NCBI GenBank assembly: GCA_963669175.1
Contig: OY769902.1
Coordinates: forward strand, 1,376,001 to 1,440,000
DNA from: a bacterium
GTDB taxonomy: Bacteria; Electryoneota; Electryoneia; Electryoneales; Electryoneaceae
Length of the DNA: 64,000 nucleotides
Direction of reading: 5' to 3'
Shown: positions 38,917 through 47,460 of the stretch, piece by piece
Numbering within the stretch: the first letter of the stretch is position 1
How the letters are laid out: every line of letters begins with the position of its first letter
Notes under the pieces: generated by a model
Seen by the model: only the letters and a program-made list of their open reading frames with translations
Databases searched by the model: none
What the model was told of the DNA's origin: nothing
Translations under genes and position numbers: made by a program

Positions 38917-40903
38917 CAGCCCGTGACGTGTCGGCGAAGAAAAGCTCCATCATGGCAAGATTAAGATGATACGTCGGGTTTTCGGGAGCCAGCAGGGTGG
39001 CTTCTTCTAACCGTTCCCGAGCAATCTGCATCCCTTCCAGGCTGGATTCATCTTCTATGGAGGTTCTAATTGTTTCATTTAGCAAGGCGGCGAGATTCCG
39101 CTTGGCGTCAGGGTTGGTATAATCCTGTTCAATAGCCTGCCGGTAGTATCTCTCCGCATTTTCATACTGTCCGCGTTTCAACTCAACAACACCAAGATTA
39201 TTATATGCGCCGGATTTATTCGTTCCCAGTTGAATTTCCCTGGTAAAATAGACTTGTGCGCTGTCCAGGGAGTTTCGCGCCAGGAAACACAATCCCATAT
39301 TGAGATTTGCGTTCGGGTACGCTTGGTCAGTTGCAAGAAGCTGATGTAGCTGGGATTCAGCCTCTTTTACATGTTCTTTTCTTGTGGCGAAGTTGACCCC
39401 ATGATTCCTGGTCTCGGGACGATCGCCAAGCAGACCTGCCAGCCGTAAATGAGCCGTCGCATTGTGAAAACGCCAGGACTCATCGATTCCGGCAGTGGAT
39501 ACCGGTTTGGGCAACAGGACAACCAGGGCAACAATAACTCGAACGCCGATGGTGATCCATGGGTACAGCTTCTTCTCATGGTAGGCGTTTAACCATTTGG
39601 GTATCGCTGCAATGGACCCTGCTGCAAGCATGACCAGGATTGGAGTTATCGGGAAACGGTAGCGTGCATTGACAAAGAAGGCCAGCATACTCAGAACATA
39701 TACTGCCAACAGGACAATTGCGGGACGGGAGTCCGGAACAACCCGCCAGGATTCAGGGATAAAAGAGATGCCGAAAATCGCAACCAGCGGGAAACCGATC
39801 AGAGCCAGGAAGTAGAAAACCGGCGACACTTGCCACAGGAATGGTTGAATGGGACGGTTGTTGCCTAATTCACGTGCATTCAGGAAGATGATAAATTTCC
39901 TAAATGTCTTTCCCGTCGCCTGAATGGGGTGTTTGTACCAATAATACAAGGATCGTTTCAGGTAGTAGTTATTTACACGACTGTCTGAAAGAACCGTTTT
40001 CCCCGACGCTTTCGCTGCTCTATATTCTATTTGGGCGCGAGTCCAGTCCGGGCCGTATTGCGGATCGACAGCATAGGCTCCGTCTGCTTGAGGGTTATTT
40101 CCGAGAAATAGATTAATCCCTCCCTGGGTACTGATCGTCCAATTACCACCTCGACTATGGTTAAAAGAGGCCACGGGAATAGAAATGGCAATCAGAATAA
40201 ACCCGGCCAGCACCGGCGCTGCCCAGGCGGGGTGAGTCCGTTTTTTGCGTTTTGCGCCTGGTCGCGCTGCCAGAGCCCAGAACAGGACAGGCCACAAAAC
40301 AAGGGCATTGGCGCGCATGATTGTCATTGCCCCAAGGGTAATGGCGGCCAGAACGGTCCAGCGGATGCGGGCCTTACGCCGATAAAGATCAATGAAGAAT
40401 AGAAGAAAGATCAGGTAACTGGTGAAAAGCGAGGTGATTAAACCCTCAGCATCAAAATAGATTGACATGCCGTAAAGTGACCATGCGATAGCCGTGGCCC
40501 AGCCGGCAGCGAAATTATACCATCGGAAGGCAATCGAAGCGAGAACACCGGTCGCAATGGCCGACACGACAATCTGGAACACGCGAATGGCCCAGAACGT
40601 GTCACCACTGAAGATGCCACCGAGGAAAGCGACCAGGTAAGGATACAGTGGACCACGGAAATAGGGTTCAACTTGCGGGAGTCCGGCGAGAATGCGTTCT
40701 GCCCAGGTACGGTACAATTCCGCATCCATTCCCGGGCTTAGAAAAGCAGCAAGATCTTTTGACAAGTATAGATAGATGAATCGAACCAGGAGCGATAACG
40801 CAGCCGCTCCCAACGGCAATCCCCACATGATATGAAAGGGGAGAACCGTACGGTGTCTGGAGGAATGGGGCTCCTTCTGCATTCCTGTTTTATTTTCAGG
40901 CAT
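38792..40903 (-). CDS. ArnT/PMT-like GT-C glycosyltransferase with C-terminal TPR repeats
   Basis: D...Y..WA, R.PLYPY, R.N.L, GG.NLFLGNNP and RYRFP, followed by TPR (AYNNLG...A...Y.QA). Start is uncertain (40948, 40903 or 40882). The 3' end overlaps the convergent gene. Confidence 0.8.
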   Translation of the reverse strand: MPENKTGMQKEPHSSRHRTVLPFHIMWGLPLGAAALSLLVRFIYLYLSKDLAAFLSPGMDAELYRTWAERILAGLPQVEPYFRGPLYPYLVAFLGGIFSGDTFWAIRVFQIVVSAIATGVLASIAFRWYNFAAGWATAIAWSLYGMSIYFDAEGLITSLFTSYLIFLLFFIDLYRRKARIRWTVLAAITLGAMTIMRANALVLWPVLFWALAARPGAKRKKRTHPAWAAPVLAGFILIAISIPVASFNHSRGGNWTISTQGGINLFLGNNPQADGAYAVDPQYGPDWTRAQIEYRAAKASGKTVLSDSRVNNYYLKRSLYYWYKHPIQATGKTFRKFIIFLNARELGNNRPIQPFLWQVSPVFYFLALIGFPLVAIFGISFIPESWRVVPDSRPAIVLLAVYVLSMLAFFVNARYRFPITPILVMLAAGSIAAIPKWLNAYHEKKLYPWITIGVRVIVALVVLLPKPVSTAGIDESWRFHNATAHLRLAGLLGDRPETRNHGVNFATRKEHVKEAESQLHQLLATDQAYPNANLNMGLCFLARNSLDSAQVYFTREIQLGTNKSGAYNNLGVVELKRGQYENAERYYRQAIEQDYTNPDAKRNLAALLNETIRTSIEDESSLEGMQIARERLEEATLLAPENPTYHLNLAMMELFFADTSRAVNRLFRVLQLNPNSSTARLMLKDLGFDPVQAKPSESDSTAN

Positions 40904-40938
40904 CGGTTCACTATCCACAGCAGAAAGGTAGGGAAGAG

Positions 40939-41805
40939 ATGATGACATGGCAACGGCTTTCCTGGATTCCCTTCGCAGCATTTTTCGTGCTGATCGTTGG
41001 GTGTAGCGGTGGTGGTCGGGGGGGACTCGGGGCGGATGATGACTCATTGAGTGGGTCAGATTCAATAGCCGACAGTCGCCTGACAGTTGAAGCTGGCAAT
41101 TTTATCCGGGGAATTGATGAATCCAACTTCCCCAGCGCGAATCCATCTTCAACGATTTACATCAGCGAATTTGAGATTTCCACAACCGAAGTAACGAACG
41201 AGCAGTATTGTGAATTCCTGAATGATGGTAATTCACGCTACTTTGACACGGAAATGATGATCGGATACTCCACTGCGACACACCTGTATGCACCAGTCAC
41301 CGGGTATGAGGATCATCCTGTCGTTAATGTGACCTGGTACGATGCCGCTTCCTATGCACTCTGGGCCGGGGGACGATTGCCCACTGAAGCAGAATGGGAA
41401 AAGGCGGCTCGTGGCACCGATGGTTACTATTTCCCCTGGGGAAATGACTTTCTCAACGACAGGGCCGATGTGGGGCGTAGCGATGAGTCCGAGACAATCG
41501 ATGTGAAATCTTACCCGGACGGGGTTTCTCCTTATGGTGTCTATGATATGGCCGGCTCTGTATGGGAGTGGACCAATGACTGGTACTACTTGAATTATTA
41601 CGAGTATTCGGAAACGGAGGATCCGACCGGTCCGACTGATTCAACTACGTACACCAGTAAAGTCATTCGCGGTGGAGGATTCCGGGAGACAGAAGCCAAT
41701 TACCATACGTTTATGACCTGGTACCGCTACTATGGTAATCCGGCAAGCAGAGCGGATGATCTGGGCTTCCGTGTTGTCTGGCCCGACACTTCATCCTCCG
41801 AGTAA
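40939..41805 (+). CDS. FGE-sulfatase (SUMF1/PvdO/GldK-like) domain lipoprotein
   Basis: Lipobox IVGC; EVTNEQY, HPVVNVTWYDA, RLPTEAEWEKAARG, YDMAGSVWEW, RGG and GFR. The catalytic FGE cysteine pair is absent. Confidence 0.9.
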   Translation: MMTWQRLSWIPFAAFFVLIVGCSGGGRGGLGADDDSLSGSDSIADSRLTVEAGNFIRGIDESNFPSANPSSTIYISEFEISTTEVTNEQYCEFLNDGNSRYFDTEMMIGYSTATHLYAPVTGYEDHPVVNVTWYDAASYALWAGGRLPTEAEWEKAARGTDGYYFPWGNDFLNDRADVGRSDESETIDVKSYPDGVSPYGVYDMAGSVWEWTNDWYYLNYYEYSETEDPTGPTDSTTYTSKVIRGGGFRETEANYHTFMTWYRYYGNPASRADDLGFRVVWPDTSSSE

Positions 41806-41860
41806 TGTTTTACTATATTGGTGTCATCGATCCACCGGCTTTCAACTGGAGGAAGATTGA

Positions 41861-43237
41861 TTGGCCAGCAGACGTTTGACATCTCTTTATCGTGTACCAG
41901 CAGCGCTTTTCCTGGCGCTGCTGTTTGTTGGTGGTCCTTTGAATGCAGATGAAGATGAGGAATACGGTGAAATCGGACGTGAAGCCGCGCGAATGCTCGC
42001 TGACATCATACGTCTGGATACCACCAATCCGCCCGGAAATGAAAATATCGTAGCGGATTACCTGGCTGATGTATTCGAGCGAGAAGGGATCCGCTATCAA
42101 CGGTTGGCCAGAGATACGGGACGGGATAATGTGATCGCGCGTTATCATGGTTCCGGCCACGCTGATCCCATCCTGCTCTATTCTCATTCGGATGTCGTTC
42201 CGGCCACGTCGGAATGGGGTATCTGGAGTGTGCCGCCTTTCTCCGGGGTCGTGCAGGACGGTTCCCTCTATGGGCGAGGCGCTATTGATGCCAAGGGGCT
42301 TCTGGTTTGTCACCTTGCCGCCATGCTCCTGCTGAAACGGAATAATATCGCGTTGGACCGTGATGTCATTTTCCTCGCAGCAGCGGCGGAGGAAACAGGC
42401 GGTGGTCCGGGAGTTGCCTGGCTGTTAAACGAGCACCGTGATGCGATTGAAGCCGGAGTGGCGCTCGGTGAAGGGGGGCGTGTCTGGGTGCGTTCGGATA
42501 CTGTCTGGAGTGTGATGATACAGGCCGCGGAAAAATCAGCTCACAATCTCAAAGTAACAGCCCTGGGGCAGGCCGGGCATGCTTCGGTCCCATCATCCGA
42601 GAACGCGATTGTCATTCTCAACGACGCCTTGCAGGTGATCAACAATTACCAGTTTCCTCTCGTTTTTAACCCGGTGACCAGCGAGTTCTTTGAACGTATT
42701 ACTCCCTATGATACGCGCGTGGAGGATGGGTTTTCGCGCTACGATGCCCTGACGCACAATACCGCAACCGTAACCCTTATCGAGGGTGGAGTAAAGACCA
42801 ATATTATTCCCGCTTTTGCCCAGGCTAACCTGAATTCACGCATTCTTCCGGGCGAGGATCTGGATTCCGTTGTCGCTGTTCTTGAAGCTGCGGTTAATGA
42901 TCCACGGGTTACGATTCGTCATAAGCCCGGTGTTGTTAATGGCGCCACGATTAACTCGTTTGATACCCCATTGTATTACTGTATTGAACAGACGGCGTTG
43001 GGACGATGGCCAAGCGCAGTCATCACGCCATACCAGTCGCCAGCGACCTCCGATGCCTCCAAACTGCGCAGGGCCGGTATCCTGACATACGGCCTGCTAC
43101 CTTTTCCGCTGACAGAAGAAGAAAGCAGTACTGTCCATGGCCCGGATGAACGGGTGAACCTGGAAAACCTGACCGAAGGCGTTATCTTCATGTACGAAAT
43201 TCTTCTGAACTGGGCGGCATCGGACGTATCCCGTTAA
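41861..43237 (+). CDS. Secreted M20/M25/M40 metallopeptidase
   Basis: Signal peptide; HSDVVP, GRGAIDAKG, EE, GHAS and HGPDE. Confidence 0.9.
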   Translation: MASRRLTSLYRVPAALFLALLFVGGPLNADEDEEYGEIGREAARMLADIIRLDTTNPPGNENIVADYLADVFEREGIRYQRLARDTGRDNVIARYHGSGHADPILLYSHSDVVPATSEWGIWSVPPFSGVVQDGSLYGRGAIDAKGLLVCHLAAMLLLKRNNIALDRDVIFLAAAAEETGGGPGVAWLLNEHRDAIEAGVALGEGGRVWVRSDTVWSVMIQAAEKSAHNLKVTALGQAGHASVPSSENAIVILNDALQVINNYQFPLVFNPVTSEFFERITPYDTRVEDGFSRYDALTHNTATVTLIEGGVKTNIIPAFAQANLNSRILPGEDLDSVVAVLEAAVNDPRVTIRHKPGVVNGATINSFDTPLYYCIEQTALGRWPSAVITPYQSPATSDASKLRRAGILTYGLLPFPLTEEESSTVHGPDERVNLENLTEGVIFMYEILLNWAASDVSR

Positions 43238-43758
43238 GATTCAAGACAATAAACGAGATTCCTCACAAGAATTTATGCATCCGGGAGATGTTGTGGCAGG
43301 TCTTGACGCGACATTCCGTTTTCGGCTTTCGTTTTGTTTTCCAGAATGCATGATAATACTGAAACCGCATTTCGCCCTGTTTTTGTCGCGTTGTGACCTG
43401 CCACTGGTATAAGTATTCTCGCCGTCGTCAGGTTACAACGTGATGCTTTATGATGATTTTTCATGCGAAATAGTAGGCGTGAAGTCGGTCAGATGCCTGA
43501 AATTGCGGTAAAAACAAGAAAAAGGCATCACGTCAAGACATGACGAAACGTGCTATTTCCCAATATGATTCAAAACAATAGATAAAGGGTCCGCTTGCTT
43601 TCGCAACATCGTAATTTCACGTACATTCCAGATCAGGCTGCACATTTCCGGGGAGAGCTGTGAGGGGAATGCAGCTTCAGGTTTGATCGATGTTTGTGTA
43701 ACGCCTGTCGAAAACCACAAAGCAGGATGGATACCTGGCAATCCAGGGTACGGTTTCT

Positions 43759-46302
43759 ATGGTGCGGAAATTTAACGATAGCGCACATGTGTCCTCACGC
43801 AAGCTTGTTGTGATGCTTGCGGTTCTCGCTATGTGCATTTTCGTGCTGGTTCCGCAGGCCATATGTGAAGATGTAACCGACATTCTGTCTCGCCAGGTTT
43901 TTACTCCCCAGGTTCGTGTGATTACAGGCAATGATACGATCATAAATCCAGCCGATATGGCTCATTTTTCTTCGATTCATGTGCCTGCCGGTTTTCTGCC
44001 TGAACTTGGCGCGAAGCGAGCTTCTGTCGGGGTGGCGTTATCCGGTGGTGGGGCGCGTGGACTGGCTGAAATCGGTGTGCTGCAGGAATTAGTAAGCATG
44101 GGTGTTCCTATTGATGTTATCACGGGCACATCCATGGGCGGCGTTATTGCCGGTATGTACAGTGCAGGTTACTCCCCTGAAGAGCTTGAGCGTCTATTCA
44201 GGAGCATGGACTGGAACTCGCTGTTCCGTGATTCACCACGCAGGCGCAACCTTTTTCTTGCGCAGAAAGAAGTCGCCAACCAGGAATTGGTAACAGTTCG
44301 GTTCCAGGGATTCAAACCCTACATCCCCAATGCTTTGTTGACCGGGGAAACCCTGTATCTCAAGTTGCTGCAACTGACACTCTCCTCGCCGTATGGTGCA
44401 GCCGTCCAGACCTTTGACCAGATGAAGGTGCCGGTTGGGTTGGTTGCGACCGATCTTAATTCCGGCGATCGCGTGTTCTTCCGCGACGGCGACCTTGCAA
44501 TAGCCATGCGTGCATCGCTGGCCATCCCGGTGATTTTTCAGCCCATCGAACTGAATGGCCGTCTTCTGGTTGATGGCGGGTCCATGGAGAACATCCCCGT
44601 GCGTGCGGCGCTGGAATGCGGGGTGGATCATGTTATCGCAGTGGATTGCGCCAGCCCGGAAGTTCCCGAGCTGGACCCGGACGATCCCTGGGCCGTTGCC
44701 AACCAGGTGACCACGCTTATGTCGGTGGCAAATGATTCCGTCTCCCGTTCCATGGCGGAAGTTGTCATTACACCGGATCTTGAAGGATTTTCCCAGGCCG
44801 ATTTTGACCGTGTAAAGGAGCTGATTGCATCCGGAAAACGTGCTGTTCAAGTGCAAAGTGATGAACTACGGCGCCTGGTCCCTGACGGTACGCAACCCGA
44901 GCTGGAAATCTATATCTCTTCCATCCTGATAGGCGCCCTATCCAGGGAACAGCGAGAAGGCTTGATCACATTGTCCGGCCTGGAAACCGGTTGGCAAAGC
45001 ACAAGATCGCTGAATGAAGCGCTTGAACGCATCTTGCGTCATATCCGCTCCATGGGCTATGCTGCGGCACATATTCACGCAACCATATCACAGGACGGCG
45101 CCCTACAGATTGCAGTTGACCCGGGTGAAGTGGTCGATATTATCATCGAGGGTGTGCCACAGAAGCGTCAGGGTGTTGTCATGAGGAATGTGGGAGTCCG
45201 GATCGGGCAACCGCTTCGTCAGCAGGAACTGGTCAATACCCTTACACGGTTGCACGCTACAGGCCGTTATACTGTAGTGTACGCTTATATCGAACCGCAT
45301 CCTGATGGAGGTGTTATCCTGCGGCTTCTGCTGGATAATGCTCCTTTCCCGAAGCTGGGCTTGAGCCTTGGGTTCGATACGGATCGTCAGGCTCGTTACT
45401 ACGCCAACTATGTCGATGTGCCGGGTATTCTGAAACAGGGTGAAGAGCTTACCCTGAAAGCGATCTACGGCACTCGTGATGAAAGCTATACCCTGAGCTT
45501 CCGAGTGGATCGTGTTGCACGCACTTACCTGGGGTGGGAGTTGTCTGCGGGATACCTGTTTCGTGAACAGGATTTCTTCGCCCTGAACGGGGATGTGCTG
45601 CGTACCGCAGATATTAAGACAAGCATGTCCGAATTCAGCGCTCTGTTCAATTTGAAGACCTGGGGAAAAGTGTCGGGCGGGATCAGGCTGGAACATATCG
45701 AACATGATATTCCCGGTGTGGAAGAATCTGAAAACCTTGCCTGTTTCCAGATTGAAGGTGTCTTGGATACGGAAGATCGACAGCCCTTCCCACGGTCAGG
45801 CATCGCGGTTAAAATCCAATATGACAGCTATCTCGGTTATCTGAATAGTGAACGTGCCTTCAATCGTCTTCAGTTCAAGGCGGAGGCCGTAGTTCCGATC
45901 CTGCCGCGCTATATTGGGCGGGTGGCTTGGCATACGGGCGTCGCGGACCTAACCACCCCGGCGACTCATGAATTCAGGATCGGCGGGCTTCAGGATTTCC
46001 CCGCTTTTCGTACGGACCGATTCATGGGGTTGCGTTTTATCCACGGTACCGGCGAGTTACGATTCGACCTCATCAGCCGGATTATTGCAGACGCCTATAT
46101 TCTTGCCCGTTATGACGTCATGGCCTTCAGCGATGATGAGAGCTGGCGTCCCAAAAAAGAAGAGCTGGTACATTCTTATTCTGCCGGATTTGCCCTGGAT
46201 ACCATCCTTGGGCCGATGGAAATCTGGTACGGTTTTTCCCCGCCTTCACGTTCCGCCGAATCACATCAACGTGTTGCTGTGAACCTTGGGTATCGGTTTT
46301 AA
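43759..46302 (+). CDS. Patatin-POTRA-Omp85 protein (PlpD-like, type Vd)
   Basis: LSGGGARG, GTSMG nucleophile, DGG; POTRA-like segment; C-terminal barrel ending NLGYRF. Confidence 0.88.
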   Translation: MVRKFNDSAHVSSRKLVVMLAVLAMCIFVLVPQAICEDVTDILSRQVFTPQVRVITGNDTIINPADMAHFSSIHVPAGFLPELGAKRASVGVALSGGGARGLAEIGVLQELVSMGVPIDVITGTSMGGVIAGMYSAGYSPEELERLFRSMDWNSLFRDSPRRRNLFLAQKEVANQELVTVRFQGFKPYIPNALLTGETLYLKLLQLTLSSPYGAAVQTFDQMKVPVGLVATDLNSGDRVFFRDGDLAIAMRASLAIPVIFQPIELNGRLLVDGGSMENIPVRAALECGVDHVIAVDCASPEVPELDPDDPWAVANQVTTLMSVANDSVSRSMAEVVITPDLEGFSQADFDRVKELIASGKRAVQVQSDELRRLVPDGTQPELEIYISSILIGALSREQREGLITLSGLETGWQSTRSLNEALERILRHIRSMGYAAAHIHATISQDGALQIAVDPGEVVDIIIEGVPQKRQGVVMRNVGVRIGQPLRQQELVNTLTRLHATGRYTVVYAYIEPHPDGGVILRLLLDNAPFPKLGLSLGFDTDRQARYYANYVDVPGILKQGEELTLKAIYGTRDESYTLSFRVDRVARTYLGWELSAGYLFREQDFFALNGDVLRTADIKTSMSEFSALFNLKTWGKVSGGIRLEHIEHDIPGVEESENLACFQIEGVLDTEDRQPFPRSGIAVKIQYDSYLGYLNSERAFNRLQFKAEAVVPILPRYIGRVAWHTGVADLTTPATHEFRIGGLQDFPAFRTDRFMGLRFIHGTGELRFDLISRIIADAYILARYDVMAFSDDESWRPKKEELVHSYSAGFALDTILGPMEIWYGFSPPSRSAESHQRVAVNLGYRF

Positions 46303-46410
46303 ACTTGTAGTCCCTAATATTTCTCTTTGTTATGATTCAGATTACAAGAAACGATTTGAAAAGTCCGCAAGAACAGAAATTCGTTGCATCTTTACAACTG
46401 AGTGAAAACT

Positions 46411-46751
46411 AGGTGCTTCGCTGTTTCGTGTGGGTAAAGAGGCTCATATAGTGATGCGACGCGACAATAGAATATAGAGTCGTTTCACAGGAATCAGTCA
46501 ATGAGGTCTGATTTCATTGTATGTCCACCGAAGGTGGGCAACTTGAATAGCGCCGTGCGTAAGCGCCGGGAACACAACAACATCGCCACAGGAGATCATC
46601 CCTGACGGGGACACACCACGCTATTCAAGTGTCATCGCTTCGAGGTGGCTTGCATCAATGGTATGCCTCTGCACAATAAGTTGTGGCCGTGATTATGCAT
46701 ATCAAAACTATTCCCTCATGTTGCGTACCCACACGAAATAGTGAGGTGCCC
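46411..46751. repeat. Nested inverted REP-like repeats (B'...A...A'...B)
   Basis: 46411-46436 pairs with 46723-46751; 46523-46553 pairs with 46619-46649. Confidence 0.7.
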
Positions 46752-46773
46752 ATTAGGTATTATTCAGAGGACG

Positions 46774-47043
46774 CTAGGGGTCCATTGCACCTGCTATGAG
46801 TTGTTCTGCTTGTTTTTGATGAGTCGAGTTCAAGACAGTTTCACGAAATCATAGTAGTTATAATCTGAGTGAAACTAACGCAGAAATCGGCCATCAAAAA
46901 CAAGCCCGAAGGGAGCGCGCGCTTTACCCCATGACTGCGTTGCTTTCCCTTGAAATAACCCGCTATGACTTCAGGAATGCGCCTTGTCTTGAACGATGAT
47001 GCGCAGCTCAGCATCCATCGATTCATGAGATCCGGTCCACTAG
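46774..47043. mobile_element. MITE-like non-autonomous element, copy 2, bounded by CTAG
   Basis: CTAGGGGTCC...GGTCCACTAG ends; the core is homologous to 17187-17370. Confidence 0.65.
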
Positions 47044-47460
47044 GGGGGAAACCTGTCAGGTCTGCCCCTTTTTTAGTTCTTCGCTGTTTCGAATGTGTAG
47101 ACTACTGGTTGACTAATATGTGATTAAAAGGAAAGGCTGCCAAATCACCTCGAAGAAGTGAAACTTGATTAGCGCGGATGTGCAAACCCCGGTAATACAA
47201 GGACCACTGCACCAATCGTCCCCGAAGGGTACGCACATTGGAGGAAAGCCTGATTTGTACATCCAGGCTCTTGAAATAACAATTGATGATAGATATTATA
47301 GGAATGTGCGTCGCATCCCCGGCCACTATATATGAAGCAGCGAGTATTCAAGATGCCTGGATCATGCGTACAGGATGAACTTTGGTGTGCGCGCTCGCCT
47401 GAAGTGTGCGACAAGCAGGTTGCACAGAATCGGCGCGAGGAGAAGCGGTATGTTGTCTCC

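Noticed and set aside
41660-41790. FGE/CLec-fold C-terminus as a possible DGR variable region
   Set aside because: No template-repeat copy differing at adenines and no reverse transcriptase was seen in the window. A remote DGR cannot be excluded.
47332-47460. N-terminal extension of the 1076-aa ORF, and similar extensions of greA, plsY, icd and the 41065 ORF start
   Set aside because: Downstream starts fit signal peptides, RBS positions or family N-termini better.
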